From NCBI GenBank assembly GCA_000092065.1, contig CP000588.1: a stretch of 64,000 nt of DNA; one strand, 5' to 3'. The notes beneath the pieces were generated by a model that made no database searches, was not told the origin of the DNA, and was given only the letters and a program-made list of their open reading frames with translations. Shown in pieces: positions 1 through 9,205 of the stretch (its first letter is position 1; every line of letters begins with the position of its first letter). Both the position numbers and the translations under genes were made by a program. The DNA comes from Ostreococcus lucimarinus. Lineage: Eukaryota.

Positions 1-147
1 CCCTAAACCCTAAACCCTAAACCCTAAACCCTAAACCCTAAACCCTAAACCCTAAACCCTAAACCCTAAACCCTAAACCCTAAACCCTAAACCCTAAACC
101 CTAAACCCTAAACCCTAAACCCTAAACCCTAAACCCTAAACCCTAAA
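1..147. repeat. Telomeric repeat array (CCCTAAA)n, about 21 copies, C-rich strand of TTTAGGG
   Basis: Perfect tandem heptamer ccctaaa from position 1. The C-strand lying 5'->3' on the + strand marks this as the left chromosome end. TTTAGGG is the plant/green-algal telomere type. Confidence 0.95.
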
Positions 148-500
148 ACTCGAACCCTAGTCCTCCAAACCCTAGTTTACCCCGCCCTCACTAACGTAGT
201 CCTCAACCCAAAACCAGTATCACACGTTTCCAAAAAACCCAAACCGCGGCCTACGCCCGCGACGACGTAAAGGTCCGGGTCGCCGCCGGCACCCAGAGTG
301 CCGCGAAACGCGCGCGTACACAGATGCAAATGCGTGTTTCATGCGTGTACGCAAAATTCCAGCGTCGTCGACCGCCAGTGTAGTGGTTTCGGTGACCCCT
401 TTACTCGCGCAACTTTCAGGGCGGCAAAAGCGTCATGTTCCAGAGACACTGCTAACCCTAGTTTTCAGCCCTAGTTTCTAACCCTAGTTTCAGGGAGGCG
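148..500. repeat. Degenerate subtelomeric telomere-like repeats
   Basis: Decayed variants of the telomere unit (ctaaaactcgaaccctag, aaccctagttt) and three copies of ccctagtttc at 455-495, separated by unique GC-rich sequence. Confidence 0.6.
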
Positions 501-710
501 CGTTCGAGGGGCGACGCGCTGGGAGACGACGCGGGACGACGACGGTAATGGCGTGGGTGAATCGCTTCGTATTCCTATTCCTTAGCTTTCTAGAGCGCGA
601 TCGTACATGTTCGGTCACACATTCGCATCTTGACGTGCATTGTTTCTTTACATTCGACGACGAGACGCCGTCTCTAAAGGTGGTCGCGGTCAGTCGGTCG
701 CGCTCGTCGA

Positions 711-1823
711 TTAGGAATGAAGGAAATTGATCCCCTTTTTAATGCTAGCTTCCAGTTCTGGTAACATGCTCTCCAACGCGCGCTTCTCGTACGATGATAG
801 CGTTCCAGTGCCCGCCACGCGCTCCACGCCGTTTCGTCCGAGGAGCACCTTGGTGGCAAAAAAAGGCGCCCGCGTCGCCTTGCTCTCGACGTACGCACAC
901 GCCCATATTCCAGACTCACCGCTCAATCCTCTGAGACACGCATCCGCGAACTCCGCCGCGGCAGCGGCCATGGAGAGCGTGGCGCTTCCGGCGCCTCCCT
1001 TCGCTTCGACGACTTCGGTGCCACCGTTTTGGATTCGACTCGTCAACGCGCTCACTTCCTCGGGCGTAAACGAGCAACGCGGAGTGGTTTGAGACAGTAA
1101 CGGCAAAATCGTCGTCCCCGCGTGTCCACCGATCACCGGGACGTCCACCAAAGTCGGGTCGTCGAACCCTTTTGCCGCGGCGACGAACGTCTTCGCCCGC
1201 ATCACGTCGAGGTGCGTCACGCCCAAAAGTTTGCGCGCATCGTAACAACCGTGATTTTTAAACACTTCCGCCGCGATGGGAACCGTTGAATTCACGGGGT
1301 TGGATATGATATTTACGATCGCGTTCGGGCACGTCTTTGCCACACCCTCGCACAGTGTGCGGACGATCCCGGCGTTCACGCCGAACAAGTCGTCGCGCGA
1401 CATGCCCGGTTTGCGCGGCACGCCCGCGGGAATGATGACGAGGTCACATCCTCGTAAACACGCCTCAAGTTCGTCATCACCGACGTATCCGCTCACCTTC
1501 GCTCGCGTGTTCACGTGAGAGACGTCCGCGGCGACGCCTCGAACGACGGGCGCGACGTCGTAGAGTCGCAGTTCCGCCACCTTTGGATTCGCCTTGATGA
1601 ATGCGGAGAGCGTTTGCCCGATACCGCCCGCCGCGCCGAGGACGGCGACGGTGAACGACGCGCGCTTACCACCGATCCCGGACGCACCGAAGAACCAATC
1701 CACGAGCCCGACGCGCGCGGATGGCGCTTCCTGAGGCGTCTGCCGCGACGATGAGGCGGGATCGACGACTTGCGCGCGCAACGCGCCGACGCGACGCGCG
1801 GCGGCACCGACGGCGTTGGACAT
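711..1823 (-). CDS. MDH: NAD-dependent malate dehydrogenase with an N-terminal targeting extension (mitochondrial/glyoxysomal type)
   Basis: The translation contains the NAD-binding motif [12 protein letters not shown], the active-site segment [16 protein letters not shown] and the [13 protein letters not shown] motif. It aligns end to end with organellar NAD-MDH and has an N-terminal extension of about 50 aa. It is transcribed toward the telomere. Confidence 0.9.
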   Translation of the reverse strand: MSNAVGAAARRVGALRAQVVDPASSSRQTPQEAPSARVGLVDWFFGASGIGGKRASFTVAVLGAAGGIGQTLSAFIKANPKVAELRLYDVAPVVRGVAADVSHVNTRAKVSGYVGDDELEACLRGCDLVIIPAGVPRKPGMSRDDLFGVNAGIVRTLCEGVAKTCPNAIVNIISNPVNSTVPIAAEVFKNHGCYDARKLLGVTHLDVMRAKTFVAAAKGFDDPTLVDVPVIGGHAGTTILPLLSQTTPRCSFTPEEVSALTSRIQNGGTEVVEAKGGAGSATLSMAAAAAEFADACLRGLSGESGIWACAYVESKATRAPFFATKVLLGRNGVERVAGTGTLSSYEKRALESMLPELEASIKKGINFLHS

Positions 1824-1992
1824 CGCACGATCGCCGCGCGCGTTCGCACGCGTCGTCCGTGTCTTTGGAGATCGATCGCCGTCTCGCGGAGGCGACGAGT
1901 GCGGATCGACGGGCTCGATTCGACGGGCGGTTTTCGTTCGGCGTAACGAACTCTCGCGGGGACGTCGGCGACGACGTCAGACCGCGAAGCGC

Positions 1993-2445
1993 ATGCCGTC
2001 GTCCCGCGCGGTCGTCGTCGTCGGCGGTGCATCGATGAAGATGACGTCGCGCAGGTCGCGCGCGCGGCGACTCTCGCGGCGAAGGGCGTCGTTCGACGAC
2101 GACGCCGGGTCGGGTGGCGACGCCGCGACGCCTCGCGTCACCGTGACGTTCGTGGACGCTTGGACGGGCGAGGAGCGCGTCGGGCGAGGCGAGATCGGGG
2201 TGACGAACGTACTCGCGCTCGCGGAGTCGTGCGGGGCGATCGAGGTGAACGACGACTTTTGTCTCGAAGGGCGGTGCGGAACTTGCTCGATGGAGGCGTT
2301 GGGGAACGACGGCGACGGCGACGGCGCGCCTCGGGACGTCGTGCTCGGCTGTCGAACGACGGTGGGCGAGGACGGGCGGTTGCGGTTTCGAGTGGGGTGC
2401 GGCACGACGCCGCGGTTCGATGATGACACGACTTGGTCGATGTAA
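1993..2445 (+). CDS. Small [2Fe-2S] ferredoxin-like protein with a putative N-terminal transit peptide
   Basis: The ORF shows a C-x4-C-x2-C...C cysteine pattern (FCLEGRCGTCSM ... LGCRTT) and a ferredoxin-fold layout (VTVTFVDAWTGEE...GVTNVLALAESCGAIEV). The start at M 1993 is a guess. It sits head-to-head with MDH, 170 bp apart. Confidence 0.45.
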   Translation: MPSSRAVVVVGGASMKMTSRRSRARRLSRRRASFDDDAGSGGDAATPRVTVTFVDAWTGEERVGRGEIGVTNVLALAESCGAIEVNDDFCLEGRCGTCSMEALGNDGDGDGAPRDVVLGCRTTVGEDGRLRFRVGCGTTPRFDDDTTWSM

Positions 2446-2513
2446 TTTATTGATGTTTGTAGTTCTGCTTCCTTTCCTTCTCGACGAGATTCGGCACTTC
2501 TCAACGCGTCCCC

Positions 2514-5500
2514 TCAGAATCCGTCAATCGCTTCGTCGTCTGACTCGGGGTAATTCTCCGCGACTGTCCCCATATTTTTTCTTCTCCTCCCGAACTTCTT
2601 TTGGAACAGTCGTCTTCGTTCGTCGAGAAAGCGCTGTCGTTCGGCGCGTTCAGTGACCTGGCGAAGGTATCGCGCCATCTTTGGTTTTGGTCGGCCGAAG
2701 AAGACGACATTGATTCTGGCGTACTCTCGCAAGCGTTCTACGGCGCTGTTCGTCGTGATAATCTCCTCATCAGTGACGTTCGGGCTCACGTGCTGCACCA
2801 ATGACATGCGAATGACGTTTTTCATTCTGTAGCAAAACTTGGCCGCGATGGTCGCCCGCAAACTTTCCAACGTGCTGTCCGTGAGCGTGATTTCGCGCAC
2901 GCCGACTTCTCCCAAGGCTTGCACCAACAAAATTTTGGGCTTAGTCCTGTGCTGCGCCGCTTTTCGGCGCTTTTCGTTGCCTTCACCGTCAACGATCACC
3001 CCGTTGAGCTCGAGATCGGCGACGAGAAGTTCGTGTAACTCGTTCGGAAACAGCTTGCCGGGCAACGACTTTGACTTGGAGATGCGAATGCGTGTTTTAA
3101 GGAGTCTGCCGCGCATGGTGTCCACCGTGAGCGTCATGTTCGCGCGATATGTATCGAATATTCCCCACGGCACCTCGACGTACGTGATTTGAGTCACTTG
3201 CGTGCCCTCGGTCGCAAAGATATCCTGATAGGTCACTTCTTCCTTCAACTTGAGATACCTCAGGAGAGTGTTGACGCAAAGTCGGCGCGTCGAAGACGTC
3301 GTTGAGTCGATAAACCCGTCGCGTCTGTCGACGTACACTCGCCGTGCAAAAGCACAACCAGCCGCAATCATGAGCCACGTGCCGAGGCTCAAGAGTATCC
3401 AGGGTACGTTCATATCCCACATGAGTGGGTAGCGAAAGTTCTTCGTGACGAACGAAACGCTCTCGGGGATTGTGAACGACGACCCGACGAGTCGATCGAG
3501 GATACGGAAGGCTAACAAGCCAATGAAGAGCGCGCATAACACGCGCTGACTCTGTCTATCGCCGCCAGCATCGTGCTCCATGAACTCGCGGCTTTGGTCA
3601 AGCGTCGCCCTCGTCGTGGCGATTGTTTTTGCTCGGTTGTCTCGCATCACTTCCTTCGCCTGTGCTTGCAAAGTACGCAAAAACTCTTGATTTGCCGAAT
3701 AGTGCTTGACACATCCCTTGACTCTCTTCGCAATCGTCGACTCGAGCACATCAATCGCCAGCGCGTGTTGCAGCCGCTTACTCGATTTCGTGTTCAGCGC
3801 GTAGTACATCGTCGTCCCCGTGATGGGCGTTTCGGGTTCTACGGATTCGCCGAATTGAATAATCGGCGTCTCGCTTGCTACCTCCATGTGTCGTATAGCC
3901 TCACCTAGACGGTACAAATTCGTATTCGTCTCAGCCAAGCTGACTTGAGCGCGACGCAACGTGTCGGGCTCATCGTGAACGCGCTCTAAAATCATTTGTA
4001 AATTTCTTAGCTCTTCCTTCATCGTGGACAATTTTTGGTATAGAACGGTGCAGAAATTTTCCCTCGCCCGCAAAAGGCAAAAGGCCATCAATAATGTCTC
4101 ATGCCGAGCGCAATCGGGACCAGCAAATATTATACCACCGGCACCGATGATGATGACGTCACTGTCGCTCACATCCAGCGCGTAGTGCGTATCGCCGATG
4201 AGCTGCTTAACCTCTGCCTCGATTGAATCGCCGTCGAGGTAGTGCCGCGCGCTGAGCTTGGGCGATATTGTCTCTGCCAGATACAGCGCAAACTTTGGTC
4301 TGTTAGCAAAATCTCCATCGTAAACAGTCTCAAGTACATTTCTCTGATAGAGCGACGTCATGCTCGCCGTGAGCTTGGAACTATCGACTTGCAAGTCGGC
4401 TACGACTCGACTGAGCCAATCGACTGGAATGTCGTTGAGAATTTTCGTCATGACGGATTCAATCTTCATACCGCAAACCAAGTCACCCTCTCGAGCGAAG
4501 CGAAGTCCAAACGACTCGATTTGCGTAATTCCAGCTGCTTCCGGATACTCGACTTCCGCCTCCACGTTGCAATACTGCGCCGCATTCGCCGAAGAGATGC
4601 TAATTCTCGTGAGTCCAACGGGGATCTCGAGACACGTATCCGTGCTCGCGCGATCGACTTCCGAGCTGTAATAGCCACCTTTGTTTCGATCAGAAACCCC
4701 CAAACTTTGCGACAACTCTGTGATTTGCGTACAACTCGTGGGGATCCAGTCGCCAATCAACACGATGACTCGACTCATGGACAGCTGGACGTCCAAATCG
4801 TCCGCTATACTGCTCAAACCTCGTATGGATTCTGAGGCGCGATACGCGTAGCTCGAAAGCGGCCGAGACGCGCTCTTCATGAACTGTCGACAAAGGTACG
4901 GCGAACAGACGTAAGAGACATCTTCGGATTCCGTCACTGTGCTATCGATGTTGAATCCTTCGTCGGAAACCAACTTGAACGTTTCCGTCTTTTCTTCAAA
5001 CACAACCTTGAGCAATGAACCTCTGGGGTCATACATGAATTCATCGCACAGCTCTTTATCTTCCCGAGAAATCGAACCTTGTCGCATGTATTCCAATCCC
5101 TTCTTCGATGGTTGATACGCCATCGTAGATTTCCCGTTGGACGTCGACATCCTTAACGAACGTACCATCCCCGCCTCGACTAAATCGTCGAGATTATCTC
5201 TCGCTTCTTGGGAGATATTCAGCATCATTCGTTTTGAACCGACTTCTTCACCGTATGGGGAGTAATCGTAGTCGAAAACACCAGCCAAGATCGCTTCGTA
5301 AACTAGAACCATGATGTGAAGATAACGAATCCAACGCTCCTTGTCCGTCGCCTTCTCAGCTAATCGACTATGCTTGCTAATAAAGTACAACAATTTGTAG
5401 TGCTCCGGCGTGAGAACGTCTACCACCGAATTCTTGAATAGTTGACTCTTCACTGACGAAGCCACATCTTTCGTTGGCCGGGCTGATGCTACCGCCATAG

Positions 5501-6416
5501 AGCTCGAGAGAGGATCTGAAGACGTCGTCGCGGCCGCGGACGCCTCAATCGCTCGATCAAACCAACGAATCGCGTACCCTTTATCCTGTGGTCTGTACGC
5601 ATCGGCGATCATGAAATCATAATTCAGCTTGTACGTTAAACGCTTGAACTCCTCGTCGTGCGCGTTGAACGCGGCGTCTTCTTTTGTATGACCAGTCACA
5701 AACAAGTACGCATGCGTCATGCCGTGAAGAAGCGCCTCCTTTGTCATTTGCGTCATTTTGAAGCGACGCAAAACGTCCGGCATACGCAAATGCGCCACGC
5801 GTGAATACTGCGACGCCCGTTTCTCGATGACACAGCACACCCCGACGCATAACTGCCTCGGGTTCGCCCCGTGCCACCACTTCGGCACATCGCTGCACAA
5901 ACAATACTTGAATAGACTGTCGAGTTTTGCTTTTTCGCCCATGTCTTCACTCTCATCGTCATTTCTATGCGACGGCGACGCGTGCCAAGAAAACGTGACG
6001 CGGCCGTTGAGTTTGCTTTCGAAATAAATCGAATCGTAGTACGCGAATAAACCGTCGACGTCTGTCCACTCAAGCGGATTGACGTCGCTCAGCGCCGCGC
6101 CGCGCTTCGCAGAGCGCACGCTCGAGAGCGCTTTGCGCCACGAACCGCGCGCTTTGGACTCGTTCGCCGCACCTACGTTAAATATCGACGCTCGCGTTTC
6201 CAGCACGCCTCTCCTTACGTCCTCTTCGTTGATTCTCCCGGTCGGTTGCGACTTTCGTCGTTCGTCTCGCTGAACGCGCAACTCTCTGTCCACGTCTTCT
6301 TTACGCGCGCTCGTGAACGCGACCGTCGCCGGCGTCCGCGCGATCGCACGACCAGGGTCAAGGTTTTCGCCCATCATCGTCGCCCGCGCGCGCTCTAACG
6401 AGTCCCTCAACGCCAT
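2514..6416 (-). CDS. Large (1300 aa) membrane protein with an N-terminal SprT/Spartan-like metalloprotease domain whose catalytic Glu is replaced by Gly
   Basis: Residues about 120-300 align with the Spartan/SprT domain: CVGVCCV...ALLHGMTHAYLFVTGH...NAHDEEF against human SCAGVC...LLHEMIHAYLFVTNN...GHGPEF. The HExxH motif reads HGMTH, so the three zinc-ligand histidines are kept but the general-base Glu is lost. The rest is long with predicted TM helices near the C-terminus; a DUF155/RMD1-like stretch (DVIIIGAGGIIFAG) is possible. Confidence 0.6.
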   Translation of the reverse strand: MALRDSLERARATMMGENLDPGRAIARTPATVAFTSARKEDVDRELRVQRDERRKSQPTGRINEEDVRRGVLETRASIFNVGAANESKARGSWRKALSSVRSAKRGAALSDVNPLEWTDVDGLFAYYDSIYFESKLNGRVTFSWHASPSHRNDDESEDMGEKAKLDSLFKYCLCSDVPKWWHGANPRQLCVGVCCVIEKRASQYSRVAHLRMPDVLRRFKMTQMTKEALLHGMTHAYLFVTGHTKEDAAFNAHDEEFKRLTYKLNYDFMIADAYRPQDKGYAIRWFDRAIEASAAATTSSDPLSSSMAVASARPTKDVASSVKSQLFKNSVVDVLTPEHYKLLYFISKHSRLAEKATDKERWIRYLHIMVLVYEAILAGVFDYDYSPYGEEVGSKRMMLNISQEARDNLDDLVEAGMVRSLRMSTSNGKSTMAYQPSKKGLEYMRQGSISREDKELCDEFMYDPRGSLLKVVFEEKTETFKLVSDEGFNIDSTVTESEDVSYVCSPYLCRQFMKSASRPLSSYAYRASESIRGLSSIADDLDVQLSMSRVIVLIGDWIPTSCTQITELSQSLGVSDRNKGGYYSSEVDRASTDTCLEIPVGLTRISISSANAAQYCNVEAEVEYPEAAGITQIESFGLRFAREGDLVCGMKIESVMTKILNDIPVDWLSRVVADLQVDSSKLTASMTSLYQRNVLETVYDGDFANRPKFALYLAETISPKLSARHYLDGDSIEAEVKQLIGDTHYALDVSDSDVIIIGAGGIIFAGPDCARHETLLMAFCLLRARENFCTVLYQKLSTMKEELRNLQMILERVHDEPDTLRRAQVSLAETNTNLYRLGEAIRHMEVASETPIIQFGESVEPETPITGTTMYYALNTKSSKRLQHALAIDVLESTIAKRVKGCVKHYSANQEFLRTLQAQAKEVMRDNRAKTIATTRATLDQSREFMEHDAGGDRQSQRVLCALFIGLLAFRILDRLVGSSFTIPESVSFVTKNFRYPLMWDMNVPWILLSLGTWLMIAAGCAFARRVYVDRRDGFIDSTTSSTRRLCVNTLLRYLKLKEEVTYQDIFATEGTQVTQITYVEVPWGIFDTYRANMTLTVDTMRGRLLKTRIRISKSKSLPGKLFPNELHELLVADLELNGVIVDGEGNEKRRKAAQHRTKPKILLVQALGEVGVREITLTDSTLESLRATIAAKFCYRMKNVIRMSLVQHVSPNVTDEEIITTNSAVERLREYARINVVFFGRPKPKMARYLRQVTERAERQRFLDERRRLFQKKFGRRRKNMGTVAENYPESDDEAIDGF

Positions 6417-6710
6417 CTCGCGACGCCGAACGCCCCGCGGCCTTCAGAGCGCAACGACTCTGACGCGCGCGCGAACGAACGAACGCGCGTCGTCGCCGTC
6501 GTCGCGCGCGTCGCCGCGTGCGATCGGTCGCGCGTCGTCGTCGTCGTCGTCGTCGTCGCCCGTACCCGCGTCCGCTCCTCCGAACTCGCGCGGCGCGACG
6601 TCTCGACCTCGACCGCCCGCGGGCGTGTGACGACCGGCGGAACGGTCCGGGACGACGCGGACGCGTCGTCACAACCACTCGCACCGCGTCGGTTTGCGGT
6701 GCGGGCGATC

Positions 6711-8939
6711 GGCATGGGACGACGACCGCGGTGGACGACGACGCTCGCGCTCGCCGTCGTCCTCGCGCTCGCCGTCGTCGAACGCGCGCGCGGCGACGAC
6801 GACGTCGACGCGCGAGATGATGGAACGCATCGTCACGGCAATCATCCGTCGACACCCACGCTCGGGGCGTCGTTCAAGGTTGAGATCGCGCACTTATCCA
6901 TCACCACGCCCGCGAGCGTGGTCGGGAAGTATGACATCGCGATAGCCAACTTCGGGCGAACGCTCTACGGCGCATCGCTCAGCGGCGCGTTGACGTATCC
7001 GCACGACGCGAGGCAGCGATTGGGTTGCGGCGCGGGCGCGACGATAGATATTCCAGAATCAGTCAAAGCGGCGCGCATGGCGGTGATTCTACTGCTCGAC
7101 CGCGGATCGTGCGCATTTACAGAGAAAGTGATGAATGGACAGAAGGCGGGAGCGGACGCGGTCATCATCGTTGACGATCGGGACGAGCCGCTATTGACTC
7201 CAGACGCGGCAAACGACGAAGGCACGGGTTCGTACGTCGACAACATCACGATTCCCGCGGCTTTGGCGAGAAAAGTGGACGGTTCGAAGTTCGAAGCTGA
7301 AATCGCACGCAACGAGCGCGTCATGGGGACGATGGATTGGCACGACGTCTTGCCGCATCCCGACGAACGCGTCGAATGGGAACTTTGGGCGGAGACAAAC
7401 GACGAGTGCGGACACACATGTCAGCAACAGAACGCATTCATGCGTGACTTTACACCGATCGCGAAGAGCTTAGAGCAAGGAGGGTACACGCAGTTTACCC
7501 CGCACTACATCACTTGGCAATGTATCGACAATCCGCCCACGACCGAGGCGTGTAAGGCGCAGTGCATAAATGTAGGCCGCTACTGCGCGCCGGATCCAGA
7601 CGCGGACATTCACGCGGGTTACTCTGGCGCTGACATCGTCATCGACAACCTTCGAGCGCTTTGTGCTTTTGACGTCGCGAATAAATCCAACGCGCCCTGG
7701 ATGTGGTGGGATTACGTCTCAGATTTCTCTGACGAGTGCACGATGGGCAATGGCAAATTCGCCATGCGCTCTTGCGCGGAGAAGGTAGCGAAGAACATCG
7801 GCATCGACGTCGACGCCATCAACGCTTGCATGGGTGATACTAACGGAGATCACACGAATCCTATGCTAGAAGCGCAAATCGCGGCGCAGAGTCCACCTGC
7901 GGGGAGTTCTCGGCGCGACATCCGGCTTCTTCCCACCATCTTGATCAACGGCGAGCGATACTCGGGAAAAATCGCGCGCGGCGAGGTGCTGACGGCACTT
8001 TGCGCCGGTTTCGATCAGGCATCTGTTCCGGCCATGTGTAGCGATGCCGGTTTGATGCACGCAGAGTGCGTGCGTGGTCAACAGGGAGACGTCACGTGCG
8101 CGGCGGATAAGGAGGGCGACGGGAAGACGGCGTGCAAGGAGACGGGATCGTTTCCGTATTACGAGTGCGCGTGTCCGGAAGGTTCCCAAAGCGTCGTCGG
8201 TCACGATGGCACGGAAAAGTGCGAATCCGTTAACATGTGCGCTCAAGCGATGCACGACATGGCGAACTGCTCGTGCGACCGTTGTGTGTGCACGAATCTC
8301 CAGCACGGAAAGTTTCAGTGTAAAACCGAAGCCGCCACGGCGTGCGACGAGCCTCTTTCGCGAGCCGCCACGTCTCAGGGGGGATGCTGGGCGAAGGACG
8401 GGTTCAGCGCGTGCGTCGATAATATTGACGCAAAACGCAAAGCGAGTAGAGAGGGGGGAAATCCCGACGAGGTACCAAGCGTCGTGTGCAAGTGCCCGAA
8501 GGGCTTTGAGGGCGACGGAACGACGTCGTGCGTGGAAATTGACGAGTGCAAAACAAAGTGCAAAGACTCGAACGCAAAGTGCGTCAACACGTATGGAAGT
8601 TACAACTGTACGTGTTCTGCGGGATACGCGGCGACGTATCAACCCGAGCCTGTCGATGATTGGATTTGTCTGTCGACGCATCGCAGCGGCGGCGCGAGTT
8701 TGGTGTTCACGAGCGTGTTGATGTCAATCCTCGGCGTTGCGAGCGCGTCGTACGCGTTTTACCAGTACCGCGCGCGTTCGTACATGGATCGGGAAATTCG
8801 ACAAATCATGGCGCAGTACATGCCTCTGGATCAACATCCGCCAGACGACGACGACGACTCGCCTTACGATCAACCGCCGCAGCGCGACTCCGCGAAGCAA
8901 AACATTTTACCGACGAGCATGGAACTGAGCGACTTTTGA
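6711..8939 (+). CDS. VSR: Plant-type vacuolar sorting receptor (VSR/BP-80 family)
   Basis: Signal peptide (MGRRPRWTTTLALAVVLALAVV), PA domain, cysteine-rich EGF-like repeats (CKCPKGFEGDGTTSCVEIDEC...NTYGSYNCTC), a single TM helix and a cytosolic tail with the YMPL sorting motif (IRQIMAQYMPLD) typical of plant VSRs. The first in-frame ATG at 6627 lies upstream of the signal peptide, so I favour M at 6711. Confidence 0.9.
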   Translation, partial: GMGRRPRWTTTLALAVVLALAVVERARGDDDVDARDDGTHRHGNHPSTPTLGASFKVEIAHLSITTPASVVGKYDIAIANFGRTLYGASLSGALTYPHDARQRLGCGAGATIDIPESVKAARMAVILLLDRGSCAFTEKVMNGQKAGADAVIIVDDRDEPLLTPDAANDEGTGSYVDNITIPAALARKVDGSKFEAEIARNERVMGTMDWHDVLPHPDERVEWELWAETNDECGHTCQQQNAFMRDFTPIAKSLEQGGYTQFTPHYITWQCIDNPPTTEACKAQCINVGRYCAPDPDADIHAGYSGADIVIDNLRALCAFDVANKSNAPWMWWDYVSDFSDECTMGNGKFAMRSCAEKVAKNIGIDVDAINACMGDTNGDHTNPMLEAQIAAQSPPAGSSRRDIRLLPTILINGERYSGKIARGEVLTALCAGFDQASVPAMCSDAGLMHAECVRGQQGDVTCAADKEGDGKTACKETGSFPYYECACPEGSQSVVGHDGTEKCESVNMCAQAMHDMANCSCDRCVCTNLQHGKFQCKTEAATACDEPLSRAATSQGGCWAKDGFSACVDNIDAKRKASREGGNPDEVPSVVCKCPKGFEGDGTTSCVEIDECKTKCKDSNAKCVNTYGSYNCTCSAGYAATYQPEPVDDWICLSTHRSGGASLVFTSVLMSILGVASASYAFYQYRARSYMDREIRQIMAQYMPLDQHPPDDDDDSPYDQPPQRDSAKQNILPTSMELSDF

Positions 8940-9023
8940 TAAAGAAATAGACAGCGCATAAAATGAATGATCGTCGCGCCATCACGTCTGTTCCGGCCAT
9001 CGTTCTCACAGTTCTCGTAATCG

Positions 9024-9143
9024 ACGCGTTGGAGAGCATGTTACCAGAACTGGAAGCTAGCATTAAAAAGGGGATCAATTTCCTTCATTCCTAATCGACG
9101 GGCGCGACCGACTGACCGCGACCACCTTTAGAGACGGCGTCTC
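9024..9143. repeat. Inverted near-identical copy (120 bp, 1 mismatch) of the MDH 3' end and 3'UTR (partner is reverse complement of 661-780)
   Basis: Direct comparison: 9026-9143 equals the reverse complement of 661-780 with one mismatch. Diverged similarity extends about 50 bp further (9144-9200 versus RC of 601-660). On the + strand the copy encodes the MDH C-terminus [22 protein letters not shown] inside the VSR/adenylate-kinase 3'UTR region. Confidence 0.9.
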
Positions 9144-9205
9144 GTCGTCGGATGTAAAGAAGCAACGCAACTTGTCGAAGCGTGTCGAATATCGTTCGTG
9201 ATAAC

